In this document: one piece after another, positions 27,968 to 39,034 of the stretch | Layout of the letters: each line of letters begins with the position of its first letter | How positions within the stretch are numbered: position 1 is the stretch's first letter | From: Promethearchaeota archaeon | GTDB taxonomy: Archaea; Asgardarchaeota; Lokiarchaeia; Sigyniarchaeales; SOKP01 | DNA: 64,000 nucleotides | Assembly: GCA_048941285.1 (NCBI GenBank) | Contig: JBHLNS010000012.1 | Location: forward strand, 1 to 64,000 | Direction: 5' to 3' | Program-made: the position numbers and the translations under genes | Notes under the pieces: model-generated | The model's database searches: none | What the model was told of the DNA's origin: nothing | Seen by the model: the letters and a program-made list of their open reading frames with translations, nothing else

Positions 27968-29890
27968 ATGAGATTACAAATTAAAAATGAATGGTTCATT
28001 GATGAGGCTGGACGTAGAGTTTTACTTAGAGGAGTAAATCTAGGAGGGAGCAGTAAGGTTCCCTATACTCCTAATGGTGCAACTCACATTAAAACTGATT
28101 TCAGTGATCATAGAGATGTATCATTTGTTGGACGTCCATTTCCTATAAGAGAAGCGGATGATAATTTTACTCGGTTAAAACATTGGGGTTTTAATTGCCT
28201 TAGATTTTTAGTAACATGGGAAGCAATTGAACATAAAGGACCTGGGCAATATGATAAGGAATATTTAGATTATCTCGAGGAGATATTAAAAATAGCTGAA
28301 AATTACAAATTTTATACGTTTATAGATCCTCATCAAGATGTTTGGAGTAGAATGACTGGAGGAGATGGTGCCCCTGGATGGACTTTTGAAAAGGTTGGTT
28401 TAGATTTTAAGAAATTTGACGCTGCTGATGCTGCTCTAGTTATGCAATATAGATATAACCCTAATAACCCAAATGCATATCCTGAAATGCATTGGACTAG
28501 CAATGCTGTTAAATTTCCTAATGGAACAATGTGGACATTATTTTTTGGTGGTAAAGATTTCGCACAATCTTGTAATATTAATGGGTTAAATGTTCAAGAT
28601 TACTTACAGCAACATTTTTTTGAAGCAATCAAACAAGTAGCACTTAGAGTTAGGGATAACCCTTACATTATTGGATTTGAAGTCTTAAATGAACCTGAAC
28701 AGGGTTGGATAGAAAAACGAGTTGATGGAATTGGGGCAGAAAAATTTTCTGAAGATTTTGGTCATAAATTTACCCCTTTTGATGCTATGTTAGTTGGTTC
28801 AGGATTTACAAGATCAGTAGGATATAACGAACTTAAAAGATTTGGTATAAAAGAGACAAGAAAAGATGAATTAAATAAAGAAAGGATCTCTTGTTGGTTA
28901 GAAGGAGTTGAAGATATATGGAAGAAAGAAGGTGTATGGGGATTAGATGAAAAAGGGATTCCAGTAATTCTAAAAAATGATTATTTTACTAAAAAGCAAG
29001 AACATTCAATAAATTTTTTTGAAGACTACCTTTCCCCATTCATATTTAGTTATACAAAAAATATTCGAGATGTTTTTTCTAAAGCAATTATCTTTTTCGG
29101 AAGTCATCCTATTAGAATTTTAAGAGGCGAAAAGCTTTATCTAAGAGTTCCTAATAATATTGTTAATGCAACTCATTGGTACGACCCTAGTTTGGGGACC
29201 AAAAGACCTATGATTAAAGCAAGTTATGATATGGCTGCAGATAAGATAATAATGGGGAAAAAAAATGTGCAGGATATGTTTATACGACAATTAAATCATA
29301 TTAAAAACATTTCAAAATCAATACATGGTGGAGTTCCTACTTTAATAGGAGAATTTGGAATTCCTTATGATATGAATAAAAAAGAAGCCTATAAAATGCT
29401 TAAGACAGAGCCAAAATTAGCTTGGCAAAATCATATAAAACTTCAAAATATGATATATAATGCTTTGGATGTAAATTTATTGCATTCGACTCAATGGAAT
29501 TACACATCGGATAATGATAATAAATGGGGTGATCAATGGAACCTTGAAGATCTTTCCATTTTTAGCAGAGATCAACATTTAGATCCTAATGACATCAATA
29601 GCGGTGGAAGAGCAATTAAAGGATTTTGCCGTCCCCGCTTTATTCATTGCTCAGGAATACCACTAAAAATGAATTTTAATTACAAGGAAAAGATTTTCAA
29701 TTTTGAATTTAATGCGGATTCTTCAATAGAAGCCCCTACAATCATTTATATACCCAATATTCAATATCCAAATGGATATGAAATCGACCTTAATGACGGA
29801 GAAATTGACCAAAAGGATAGCGAACAATTAATTTTCGTAAAAACTAAAAAAGATGGTGTTCACACCATTAATATTACTGCCATCACTTAA
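27968..29890 (+). CDS. GH5 endoglycoceramidase-related glycosidase
   Basis: LRGVNLGGSSK, WEAIEH.GPG.YD, DPHQDVWSR..GGDGAP, acid/base motif LNEP, nucleophile motif IGEFG, and WNLEDLS. Confidence 0.88.
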   Translation: MRLQIKNEWFIDEAGRRVLLRGVNLGGSSKVPYTPNGATHIKTDFSDHRDVSFVGRPFPIREADDNFTRLKHWGFNCLRFLVTWEAIEHKGPGQYDKEYLDYLEEILKIAENYKFYTFIDPHQDVWSRMTGGDGAPGWTFEKVGLDFKKFDAADAALVMQYRYNPNNPNAYPEMHWTSNAVKFPNGTMWTLFFGGKDFAQSCNINGLNVQDYLQQHFFEAIKQVALRVRDNPYIIGFEVLNEPEQGWIEKRVDGIGAEKFSEDFGHKFTPFDAMLVGSGFTRSVGYNELKRFGIKETRKDELNKERISCWLEGVEDIWKKEGVWGLDEKGIPVILKNDYFTKKQEHSINFFEDYLSPFIFSYTKNIRDVFSKAIIFFGSHPIRILRGEKLYLRVPNNIVNATHWYDPSLGTKRPMIKASYDMAADKIIMGKKNVQDMFIRQLNHIKNISKSIHGGVPTLIGEFGIPYDMNKKEAYKMLKTEPKLAWQNHIKLQNMIYNALDVNLLHSTQWNYTSDNDNKWGDQWNLEDLSIFSRDQHLDPNDINSGGRAIKGFCRPRFIHCSGIPLKMNFNYKEKIFNFEFNADSSIEAPTIIYIPNIQYPNGYEIDLNDGEIDQKDSEQLIFVKTKKDGVHTINITAIT

Positions 29891-30010
29891 AGTGCTTCTT
29901 TTAATCCACATTGTATATAAATTTAAATAATAAGCATAAATAATTCAAGATATTATTAAACTATAAAAAAACCCATTAATTTTGGTATAAAACCTTAAAA
30001 AAGGAGATTA

Positions 30011-31048
30011 ATGATTGAAAAAGTTGTTACTTTTGGAGAAATTATGTTAAGGCTTTCTCCCCCTAATTTTATGCGATTTATTCAGACTCACTCTTTTGAC
30101 GTAATTTTTGGAGGTGGAGAAGCTAATGTTGCTGTATCTTTAGCTAATTATGGAATACCTGTTGATTATATAACAAAGGTACCAAATAATGAAATTGGTG
30201 ATGCTTGTATTCAATTCCTCCGAAAATACAATGTGAATACAAATATGATTGTGAGGGGTGGAGATAGAATAGGAATATATTATCTTGAAATGGGATCTTC
30301 CATTCGACCGAGCAAAATTATTTATGATCGAGCTAATTCAGCAATTTCTGAAGCTAATTCTAAAGATTTTAATTGGCATCGAATTTTCGATGGGGCTTCT
30401 TGGTTTCATTTTACTGGTATTACTCCAGCAATTTCACAAAATTTAGCTAGTATCTGTCTTGAAGCTTTAAAAGTGGCAAAAGAGAAAAAAATTACTATTT
30501 CTTGTGATCTAAATTATCGTAGTAAACTATGGAAATATGGAAAAGAAAGTAGCGAAGTAATGCCTGAATTAATTAAATATTGCGATATTATTATTGGTAA
30601 TGAAGAAGATGCCGACAAAATCTTGAACATTAAAGCTCCTAATACCGATGTAACATCTGGTAAACTTGAATCTGAGAACTATAAATATGTAGTTGAAGAA
30701 ATAGTGAAAAAATTTCCAAATCTGAAAAAAATAGCAATAACTTTAAGAGGATCAATTTCTGCTAGCCATAATTTGTGGTCAGCCATTTTATATGATGGTA
30801 AAAAGTTGTTTACAGGTCCTCAATATGAGATTAAACCCATTGTGGATAGAGTAGGTGGAGGTGATTCCTTTATGGGAGGATTAATATATGGATTATTAAC
30901 ATACAAGAATGATCTTCAATCTGCTCTTGATTTCGCGATAGCTGCTTCTTGTCTAAAACATACTATATTTGGTGATTTTAATTTAGTCTCGGTGGATGAT
31001 GTTCTTAAATTAATGGGGGGAGACACTTCTGGACGTGTTTCAAGATAA
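30011..31048 (+). CDS. kdgK: PfkB sugar kinase, 2-keto-3-deoxygluconate kinase-like
   Basis: FGEIMLRL, GGGEANVA, DLNYRSKLW, NEED and DRVGGGDSF motifs. Confidence 0.85.
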   Translation: MIEKVVTFGEIMLRLSPPNFMRFIQTHSFDVIFGGGEANVAVSLANYGIPVDYITKVPNNEIGDACIQFLRKYNVNTNMIVRGGDRIGIYYLEMGSSIRPSKIIYDRANSAISEANSKDFNWHRIFDGASWFHFTGITPAISQNLASICLEALKVAKEKKITISCDLNYRSKLWKYGKESSEVMPELIKYCDIIIGNEEDADKILNIKAPNTDVTSGKLESENYKYVVEEIVKKFPNLKKIAITLRGSISASHNLWSAILYDGKKLFTGPQYEIKPIVDRVGGGDSFMGGLIYGLLTYKNDLQSALDFAIAASCLKHTIFGDFNLVSVDDVLKLMGGDTSGRVSR

Positions 31049-31072
31049 TAACTAAGGGGGTTAAGAAAAATC

Positions 31073-31879
31073 ATGAATGAAAATGAAAGTGTAATTATTA
31101 CTGCTACTACGGCAAATTCTTGGATATATCCTGTTGTTAAAAATTGGGCTCAAACAATTGAAGCTTTAATTGAGGATGTAGTACAATGTTATGAAGCTGG
31201 TGCTGCAATTGCACATATTCATCTCCCTCGTGGAGAAGAGATCGAAATAGTTAAACAAATAAGAGAAAGGTGTGATGTAATCATACAAGCTGGTATGTCA
31301 AGTGAATCCATCCCTAAAAGAAAAGGTGATTTTGATGCTAAACCAGATATGATGTCAGTTATACTAAATCATCATTCAGAACATTTTTCTGAAGTCACAG
31401 TTGATGTACTACATCCACTTACAGAACTTGAAGAATATTGTATAAAATGTAAAGACGCGAACATAAAGCCAGAATGGGAAGTTTGGCAACATGGGTCATA
31501 TTGGAACTTAAATTATTTAATAGAAAAAGGATTATTAAAATGGGTTAAACCACATATTCTAACATTATTTTTCAATTGGCCGGGTGGAACGTGGAGTCCT
31601 GCAAATTTCGAAGAATATATGCACAGGAAGAGATATTTGCCGGCTAATAGTGTTCATACTGTAAGTGTAATGGGTGAAGATCAGATGAGATTGTTAGTAT
31701 TTGTTCTAACACATGGAGGTAACATCCGAGTGGGTACTGAAGATTATCCATTTATTAAAAAAGGGATTGTAGCAAAAAATAATGCTGAAATAGTTAAAAA
31801 TTATGTGAGCATTATTAAACACGTAGGTAAAGAAGTAGTTGATCCGTCTGAGGCACGTAAGATTTTAGGTCTACATTAA
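31073..31879 (+). CDS. Beta-keto acid cleavage enzyme (BKACE/Kce, DUF849)
   Basis: IITAT, AGAAIAHIH, IKPEWEV and GGNIRVGTED motifs. Confidence 0.85.
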   Translation: MNENESVIITATTANSWIYPVVKNWAQTIEALIEDVVQCYEAGAAIAHIHLPRGEEIEIVKQIRERCDVIIQAGMSSESIPKRKGDFDAKPDMMSVILNHHSEHFSEVTVDVLHPLTELEEYCIKCKDANIKPEWEVWQHGSYWNLNYLIEKGLLKWVKPHILTLFFNWPGGTWSPANFEEYMHRKRYLPANSVHTVSVMGEDQMRLLVFVLTHGGNIRVGTEDYPFIKKGIVAKNNAEIVKNYVSIIKHVGKEVVDPSEARKILGLH

Positions 31880-31925
31880 TTTTAATTTATATTAATTATT
31901 AGAATAAATTCAAAAATATTATGTT

Positions 31926-32675
31926 ATGAAGTTAAAAGATAAAGTAGCTATAATAACGGGGGCAGGAGCAGGAATTGGAGAAGCTACAGCTCTCCTTTTT
32001 GCTAACCATGGTGCGAAAGTTTGTTGTAACTCTTTAACTAAATCTGCTGAAGAAGTAGTAAATAGAATTAAAACTAACGGTGGAGATGCCATATTTGTTC
32101 AAGCTGATGTTGCTATAGAAGACCAAGCAAAAATAATTATTGAAAAAACCATTCAGATTTATGGGAAAATTGATATACTCTTTAATAACGCTGGAATCGT
32201 ACTTGGAGGGGCAATAGACACAATATCATCTAGTGATTGGGATAGGACTATGGCTGTAAATGTGAAAGGTATTTACTTGGTTTCGAAATATGCAATTCCT
32301 TATCTTAAGAAAACTCAAGGGGTGATTATAAATAATGCCTCATCAGTAGCTTTTAAAGGGGTAAAGGATAGAGCTGCATACACTGCCTCTAAAGGTGCTG
32401 TACTTTCAATGACAAGAGCAATGGCAATGGATTATCTAGAAGATAAAATTAGAGTAAATGCTATTTGTCCCGGAACAACAGACACACCATCATTGGCCGA
32501 AAGAATAAGAAAAAGAGGGGGAAATTATGAAGAAGTCAGAAAACAGTACATTTCGCGACAGAGGATAGGAAGGTTAGGCACTACTGAGGAAATAGCTGAG
32601 GGGGTGCTATTTCTAGTGTTAAATGGATTCTGTACAGGAATAAGCCTTTTAATTGATGGTGGAATGACCATGTAA
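31926..32675 (+). CDS. SDR oxidoreductase
   Basis: TGAGAGIG, NNAG, YTASK and NAICPGTTDTP motifs. Resembles 2-keto-3-deoxy-sugar acid dehydrogenases. Confidence 0.92.
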   Translation: MKLKDKVAIITGAGAGIGEATALLFANHGAKVCCNSLTKSAEEVVNRIKTNGGDAIFVQADVAIEDQAKIIIEKTIQIYGKIDILFNNAGIVLGGAIDTISSSDWDRTMAVNVKGIYLVSKYAIPYLKKTQGVIINNASSVAFKGVKDRAAYTASKGAVLSMTRAMAMDYLEDKIRVNAICPGTTDTPSLAERIRKRGGNYEEVRKQYISRQRIGRLGTTEEIAEGVLFLVLNGFCTGISLLIDGGMTM

Positions 32676-32708
32676 CAAAAATTCAACAAAATATTATAAG
32701 GATTAAAA

Positions 32709-33851
32709 ATGGGAATAGTTAAATTTGGAATTTTAGGATGTGGAAATGCAAGTAATTTTCATACTCTAGGAGTTAAAAGAGATCCAAAACCAAATATTAA
32801 ATTTATATCTGCTTATGATATTAATGAAAAAAATCTAAATCGAGTTGCCAAACGTAATAAACTTAAAACTTACACAGATCTAGATAGTTTCCTTAAAAGT
32901 GATATCGATGCTGTTTTATTATTAGTTCCCCATTATCTACATGCAGATCTAACTGAAAAAATTGCAAAGGCTGGTAAGCATGTGCTCTGTGAAAAACCCA
33001 TGGCATGTACACTTGAAGAATGTGACAGGATGATTGAAGCTACTAAAAAATCTGGAGTTAAATTTATGATAGCAGAGAATCATAGATTTTTACCTGTTCA
33101 TAAATACATTAAAATTCTACTAGAGAAAGATTTTATTGGAGATGTTTTCTTAGCTCGAACATATGAAGGTGCTTATTGTGATAAGCAAGAATTTTTAGAT
33201 CCTAATATGTGGAATTTTACCTTCGATAAAGGTGGAGGTGGAGTTGTTATGGACCAAGGCGTCCATAAATTTGCCATGTTAAATTGGTTTCTGGGTGAAG
33301 TTGATTCAGCTCAATGTTGGTGTTCAAAAACATTAAATAGTCCCCCCAATAAAGGCGAAGATACCGCGATAATTTTGTTACGGTATAAATCTGGAGCAAT
33401 AGTAAGTGTTAGCTTATCTTCTACAACCGTACATCCTTTAAACAATAGTACTGAATTACAAGGCACGAAAGGGACTATTTATGAAGATCATTCTTGGGAG
33501 AATCCTCTTAAAATTTTCTCATCTCATCCTGATGCAGAAAAAAAAGGCGAGTTTTATAGTCCATGTGAATCTATTGAACACGGTAGTTATCCACAATATT
33601 ATACAATCTCAGCTCGAAACGAAGATCACTATTTTGCAGATTGTATCTTAATGGATAGAGAGCCAGAGTTTACTCCTGAGCAAGCAAAAGGAGCTGTCGC
33701 GGTGGTACTTCTTTCATATCTCTCAGCTAAGAAAAGAACGGTAACTACTATGGATGAATTGAAAAAATTGACAAAAGAAAAAGGAACAAAGTCTATTTTA
33801 GAAGGATTTTTATCTGTTATTCAAAAGAATTATGATCATTTAAATTGGTAA
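32709..33851 (+). CDS. Gfo/Idh/MocA oxidoreductase
   Basis: GILGCG, GKHVLCEKPMA and GGGVVMDQGVH motifs. Confidence 0.92.
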   Translation: MGIVKFGILGCGNASNFHTLGVKRDPKPNIKFISAYDINEKNLNRVAKRNKLKTYTDLDSFLKSDIDAVLLLVPHYLHADLTEKIAKAGKHVLCEKPMACTLEECDRMIEATKKSGVKFMIAENHRFLPVHKYIKILLEKDFIGDVFLARTYEGAYCDKQEFLDPNMWNFTFDKGGGGVVMDQGVHKFAMLNWFLGEVDSAQCWCSKTLNSPPNKGEDTAIILLRYKSGAIVSVSLSSTTVHPLNNSTELQGTKGTIYEDHSWENPLKIFSSHPDAEKKGEFYSPCESIEHGSYPQYYTISARNEDHYFADCILMDREPEFTPEQAKGAVAVVLLSYLSAKKRTVTTMDELKKLTKEKGTKSILEGFLSVIQKNYDHLNW

Positions 33852-33875
33852 AAATTCAATAATTAAATAAAAAAG

Positions 33876-34574
33876 GTGTTTGATTTGGTAAAACATATTG
33901 GAATTATTGCTTGTAGTGCAGAGGGGGCTGCTCTATGTTATAAAACTATCTGCATTGAAGCTCAAGAGAAGTTGTTTAGATATAGACACCCTGAAATAAC
34001 AATGCACACTCCTCCTCTAGCAGACTACATGCAACACATATGGAATGGAAATTGGGAGGGTGTTGCAGATCTAATGCTTAAATCAGTTGAGATCGTAGCA
34101 AAATCTGGAGCTGATTTTGCTATTTGCCCGGATAACACTATTCATCAAGCTTATGATTTAATGATTTCTAAATCACCTATTCCATGGCTTCATATTGCGC
34201 GAGTTGTTGGAGAAGAAGCTAAGCAAAAAAAGTATAAACATTTAGGAATTCTTGGTACAAAATATCTGATGAATTCTTCAGTTTATCCTGATGCTCTTAA
34301 GAAATATAATATTACTACTGAGATTCCAGAGGTTCCTAATCAAGATAAAATCGACAGAATTATTTTTGAAGAGCTAGTAAATGGTATTTTTTCAGAAGCA
34401 TCTAGAAAAGAGTTCAATAAAATTATTCAGAAACTAGCAATAAGTGGGTGTGATGCTGTTGTTCTTGGATGTACAGAGATACCTCTACTTATTAACCCTG
34501 ATGATTGCCCCTTACCATGTTTAGATTCTGCTAGATTACTTGCAAGGGCTGCAATTGAAAAGGCTTTAGAATAA
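33876..34574 (+). CDS. Aspartate/glutamate racemase family protein
   Basis: GADFAICPDNTIH, LGILGTK and VLGCTEIPLL motifs. Confidence 0.88.
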   Translation: MFDLVKHIGIIACSAEGAALCYKTICIEAQEKLFRYRHPEITMHTPPLADYMQHIWNGNWEGVADLMLKSVEIVAKSGADFAICPDNTIHQAYDLMISKSPIPWLHIARVVGEEAKQKKYKHLGILGTKYLMNSSVYPDALKKYNITTEIPEVPNQDKIDRIIFEELVNGIFSEASRKEFNKIIQKLAISGCDAVVLGCTEIPLLINPDDCPLPCLDSARLLARAAIEKALE

Positions 34575-34607
34575 AAAAATAATATAAGAAAAAGAAGTAT
34601 TTTAATG

Positions 34608-35390
34608 TTATCTAGTTGTCCATCCACCATCAATTCTAAGATCTGCTCCAGTTATATAAGAGGATTCTTCAGTTGCTAAAAATAGAATCCCCATTGCAAT
34701 TTCATCCGGAGAAGCCCAACGCCCCAATACACCTTCTTCTTCAAATTCTTTTTTAACTTCTTGATAATCCAATCCTCTATCTTTTGCTTGTTTTGCTACA
34801 TCACTTTGTAACATTGGGGTATCTGTTGCCCCTGGACTTACACTATTTACGCGTACATTAAATGCTGCTAAATCTAAAGCTAAAGCTCTTGTGTAACCTA
34901 ATACGGCTGCTTTAGTTGAACAATAATTTGCGTGAGCTGTTTGACCTATATGAGCAGCAACGGATGCTAGGGTTATTATTGATCCAAATTTCTGTTTTTT
35001 AAAATAGGGTACGGCATATTTACATGTATAATGTGTACCTTTAATATTCACATCAATAAGTAAATCATAATCATTGTCAGGAAATGTTTCTACTTCCCCC
35101 ACTCTAACAACTCCAGCATTAACGACTAATACATCGATTCTTCCATGTTTTTCGATTGCAAAATCAATCATTTTTTTCACTTCTTCTGGATTACGCACGT
35201 CAACTTTCATGATAGTTGCTTTTGTTTTTAATTCCCCTAGGAATTCATAAGTTTCTTTTAATCCATCTTCATTAATATCAGAAAGAACTTGAATGGCTCC
35301 TTCTTTAGCAAATAGAATCGCTGTGGATCTTCCAATTCCAGATGCCGCTCCAGTTAACACGGTAATTTTATCTTTTAAGCGCACATTCAT
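34608..35390 (-). CDS. SDR oxidoreductase
   Basis: TGAASGIG, NAG, YCSTK and NSVSPGATDTP motifs. Confidence 0.92.
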   Translation of the reverse strand: MNVRLKDKITVLTGAASGIGRSTAILFAKEGAIQVLSDINEDGLKETYEFLGELKTKATIMKVDVRNPEEVKKMIDFAIEKHGRIDVLVVNAGVVRVGEVETFPDNDYDLLIDVNIKGTHYTCKYAVPYFKKQKFGSIITLASVAAHIGQTAHANYCSTKAAVLGYTRALALDLAAFNVRVNSVSPGATDTPMLQSDVAKQAKDRGLDYQEVKKEFEEEGVLGRWASPDEIAMGILFLATEESSYITGADLRIDGGWTTR

Positions 35391-35518
35391 TCACTTTTTT
35401 TTTAATTTACTGAAATTATTCTCATAATTTAATTTTTCTAGAAAATATTATCAAGATTAACTAATCATTTGTAGAGATCTATAGAAGCTTATAAATTTTA
35501 TATAAATATTTCTTATTT

Positions 35519-36658
35519 ATGGATTCTGTAAAATATGGATTAGTCGGGATAGGAAATACTTTTAATTCCGCTTGGCCTTATCATTATGTTGGCTGCAAAA
35601 ATAACCCAAAAATAGAATTTGTTTCAGTTTATGATATTAATCGAAAGAAAGCGACTAAATTAGCTAAGATCTTCAAACTAAAAACTTTTTCTTCTTATGA
35701 AGAACTTCTAGATAGTGATATTGATGCTGTTCTTGTTTTAGTTCCTCATCATGCACATGAAGAGGTGGTGATAAAAGCAGCAAAAGCAGGAAAGCATGTT
35801 CTATGTGAAAAACCAATGGCAACGACTCTTGAGGGCTGTGATCAAATGATTAATGCTACTAAAAAAGCAAGAGTTAAGTTTATGATTGCTGAAAACCATC
35901 GTTTTTTACCTGCTCATCAAAGTATCCATAATTTTATTAATGAAGGAACAATTGGGAAAATTTTTATGGTACGCTCCTATGAAGGAGTTCCAGAGGTTCA
36001 TAATGTTAACAATCCAGAGTCTTGGAAGGCACATCCTTTAAAAGCAGGAGGAGGTGCTTTAATGGATATGGGTGTTCATAAATTTGCTACTTTTAATTGG
36101 ATTTTAAATGATAAAGTTAATTCTGCTTATTGTTGGCTTGCTAAGCAACTAACGACTCTACCAGAAAAAGCAGAAGATAACGCTTTCATTTTTTTAAAAT
36201 ATCAGTCTGGTGTTATAGCAGAGTGTGTTTTAAGTTTTACTGTTAATGCTCCCTCGTCAAACCAATTAGAGGTTTATGGTACAGAGGGAACATTGATAGA
36301 AAATCACGATTGGATAAAGCCGATCAAAATTTATACCTCACACAAGTTAAATGCCGAGAAATTAAATGGATGGTATTTCCCGAAAATTAACCATGGTCCT
36401 TTTCCAAAATATTATCATATTTCAATGGGTATAGAAGATTCATATTTTACAGAATGTATATTAAATGATAAAGAACCTGATTTTACACCCCAACAAGCGA
36501 AAGAAGCAGTAGCTACTGTTCTTTTGGCCTATTTAGCAGCAATCAATGGTAGAACTACATCAATGGATGAATTAATGAAATTGTATAAAACAAGAGGAAC
36601 TAAGACTATTTCAAAAGAATTAGGAAAATCAATCCAAGAAAATTATCTTTTAGGATAA
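35519..36658 (+). CDS. Gfo/Idh/MocA oxidoreductase, paralog of 32709-33851
   Basis: Shared blocks SDIDAVL.LVPH, GKHVLCEKPMA, KFMIAENHRFLP and FTP.QAK.AVA. Confidence 0.92.
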   Translation: MDSVKYGLVGIGNTFNSAWPYHYVGCKNNPKIEFVSVYDINRKKATKLAKIFKLKTFSSYEELLDSDIDAVLVLVPHHAHEEVVIKAAKAGKHVLCEKPMATTLEGCDQMINATKKARVKFMIAENHRFLPAHQSIHNFINEGTIGKIFMVRSYEGVPEVHNVNNPESWKAHPLKAGGGALMDMGVHKFATFNWILNDKVNSAYCWLAKQLTTLPEKAEDNAFIFLKYQSGVIAECVLSFTVNAPSSNQLEVYGTEGTLIENHDWIKPIKIYTSHKLNAEKLNGWYFPKINHGPFPKYYHISMGIEDSYFTECILNDKEPDFTPQQAKEAVATVLLAYLAAINGRTTSMDELMKLYKTRGTKTISKELGKSIQENYLLG

Positions 36659-36689
36659 TTAAAAATGAATAAAAGAAATAATTAATTTG

Positions 36690-37814
36690 CTACTTATAAA
36701 AAATTTCTTTATCTAAGCTTGTGAGCCTTTCACATCCACTACTAGTTATTCTATAGCAATCCTCGATGCCAACTAATCCTTGACCCCTAACAATCTGCCA
36801 TGCTTCCACATCTAAAACCATATTTTTTTTAATAAGGCCATCAAATATATGTCCAGGGCCAAAAATATGTGTTTCTTCAGTTTCCAATCCGATACTATGA
36901 CCAATTATTGTACAACGCCCTTTTCCTATTTGTTTGAAATACTTAAATGCACTTTCATATAACTCATTTGGTTCTGTTCCTGGTTTGAGATTATCTAGAC
37001 AAAATTCTTGAACTTTGATCATATTCTCCATGGCCTTTACACCTTTCTCAGGAGCTTGCCCCACAACTGCATCTCGACTAACATCTGAAACATATCCCTT
37101 CCAAACAGCACCATAATCAAATCTAACTAAATCACCTGGCTTAACAACAATTCCAACACCAGGAGCCTCTGGGTCTGAATCACCTATATTCATAGTTAAA
37201 TGATCCCAACCTTCTGCTCCTTCATTCACTATGGATCTTCTGGCTATTTTAAGTAATTCAATATCTGTAATTCCTTCTTTTAAAGATTCAATACAATTGA
37301 GAATAGCTTTTTCAGCTATTTGGGTCGACTTTTTAATTCTATTTATCTCTTCTTCGGATTTGATCAAACGCATTTCTAAAAATATATTATCTCCATCAAC
37401 AAAAGCAGCATTTGGAAATTCTCTTCGTAGAAATTCTGATTGATATCTTGGCATAAGAGTTTCAATGCCGATCTTTCCATTTTTTAAACCAAAACTTTCT
37501 AATTTTTCTTCTAATAACTTTAAACCTGCTTTAGGAGATCCAACACGCTCATAATCTTTGACCCAAGAAAACTTTTCAATGCTATCATATAAAACCCATA
37601 TTAATAAACATACTTCTCCATCGTTGGTTATTATTGAAAAGCTTGGATATTGATTATACAGTACAAATAATATTGGATTAGGCGCAACATGTAATGTAGG
37701 AATCCCGGTGGTATAAAAAACGTTTACAGGGGTTGTAGCAATTAAAGCGTCAACTCCATATTTTTTAAGAATTTCATTCGCTCTTTTTTTATTATAACCT
37801 ATTGGCTCAGCCAT
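36690..37814 (-). CDS. M24 family Xaa-Pro peptidase-like protein
   Basis: MRLIKSEEEI, FDYG..WKGYVSDVSR, GHSIGLE and VGIED motifs. Confidence 0.85.
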   Translation of the reverse strand: MAEPIGYNKKRANEILKKYGVDALIATTPVNVFYTTGIPTLHVAPNPILFVLYNQYPSFSIITNDGEVCLLIWVLYDSIEKFSWVKDYERVGSPKAGLKLLEEKLESFGLKNGKIGIETLMPRYQSEFLRREFPNAAFVDGDNIFLEMRLIKSEEEINRIKKSTQIAEKAILNCIESLKEGITDIELLKIARRSIVNEGAEGWDHLTMNIGDSDPEAPGVGIVVKPGDLVRFDYGAVWKGYVSDVSRDAVVGQAPEKGVKAMENMIKVQEFCLDNLKPGTEPNELYESAFKYFKQIGKGRCTIIGHSIGLETEETHIFGPGHIFDGLIKKNMVLDVEAWQIVRGQGLVGIEDCYRITSSGCERLTSLDKEIFYK

Positions 37815-37831
37815 ATAAATTTCTCACCTTT

Positions 37832-38176
37832 TTAATCAAAATCATCCATAAAGATTTCCAACCTTTCCAAATCAGACATTGTTCCTTTTGGTTTAAGGGT
37901 ACCATCCATAAAAGCTTCCATTGGATCGATTTCTCCTGTTGAGATACCAAGAAAAAGATCAGATTCAACCTCTAAACTCATTTCGGCATTCTCATTATAA
38001 CCTTCTTCTACTCTTGCCTTTTTCTTATCAAAAATCAATTGGACCTTATAATTGATATCCGGAAATATAAATTGCATAGTTTTATTAAAATCTTCAAATT
38101 CTTCAGCAATATCTGGATCATCAAGTTTTTTAGCCCAGCTTTCTAAAGCTAGTTTTAATTCTTCAGCTGTTGCCAT
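37832..38176 (-). CDS. SCP2 sterol/lipid-binding domain protein
   Basis: FLGISTGEIDPMEAFMDGTLKPKG matches the SCP2 C-terminal signature. Confidence 0.85.
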   Translation of the reverse strand: MATAEELKLALESWAKKLDDPDIAEEFEDFNKTMQFIFPDINYKVQLIFDKKKARVEEGYNENAEMSLEVESDLFLGISTGEIDPMEAFMDGTLKPKGTMSDLERLEIFMDDFD

Positions 38177-38217
38177 TTTTTTTCACGTTTAGAAATTTTA
38201 ATTTTCTTTTGTATTTT

Positions 38218-39012
38218 TCATTTGTTATTTTTCTTAAGTTTTATTAATATTTCTTTAGGATATTTTGCTTTAGTCCATGGGATGTTTGCAAAAAAATGTG
38301 TAAATATCCTTACAATTAAAGGTTGCTTATTTTTAAAACGATTCTTTTTTTTAAAATATACGCGTCGGTAAGGCTCAGCATATTTCCAGCCAAAAAGCTT
38401 CCTTCCAGCGAATCTGCTAAATGGACGATAAGGAATCATTGTATATCTTAAAAGCCAATGTTGGGTTTTATGACAAGCAATTAATTTCTGTGTTAAGCTC
38501 TCAAAATCTTCTCTTTTAAATCCAAAAAAGAAATTCGGATGCAATGAAGTATAGAAATAAAGTATTGGTTTGAAATCGATTAAACTATTAAAAATTATAT
38601 AAAAAATTGCTTTACCAGTATTAATATGATCCATATGATAATACCATGAGTAAATTGCCTCTGGAGCAATTATTATATCTGGCTTTTCTTTAGCTAAATA
38701 TTGAGTAATCTTATTAATAAATTCTTTATTAAACGGGACCAATCCATCAACATATCCAAAAAAATCAATATTTTCGGGAGACAGTCCATGAATTCTTTCT
38801 GCTTCAATAAGTTCTTTGGTTCTAACTCTTGCTAATAATTCACCTTTGAACCGATCATATTTTGATCCAGGAAGTCCAAACTCGCCTTTAGTTATAGAAG
38901 CAATTCTTATGTCATATATTTTTTTACTTTTATTTGCAAGATAATGTATTAAATGGCCACATTTGTGTTCTAAATCATCAGGGTGAGCTTGAAAAAATAT
39001 AATCTTTGCCAT
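38218..39012 (-). CDS. PIG-L/LmbE family N-acetylhexosamine deacetylase
   Basis: AHPDD, TKGE.G, VRTKE, DG and HMDH motifs. Confidence 0.88.
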   Translation of the reverse strand: MAKIIFFQAHPDDLEHKCGHLIHYLANKSKKIYDIRIASITKGEFGLPGSKYDRFKGELLARVRTKELIEAERIHGLSPENIDFFGYVDGLVPFNKEFINKITQYLAKEKPDIIIAPEAIYSWYYHMDHINTGKAIFYIIFNSLIDFKPILYFYTSLHPNFFFGFKREDFESLTQKLIACHKTQHWLLRYTMIPYRPFSRFAGRKLFGWKYAEPYRRVYFKKKNRFKNKQPLIVRIFTHFFANIPWTKAKYPKEILIKLKKNNK

Positions 39013-39034
39013 ATTATCTCAGAATCATAAATCG

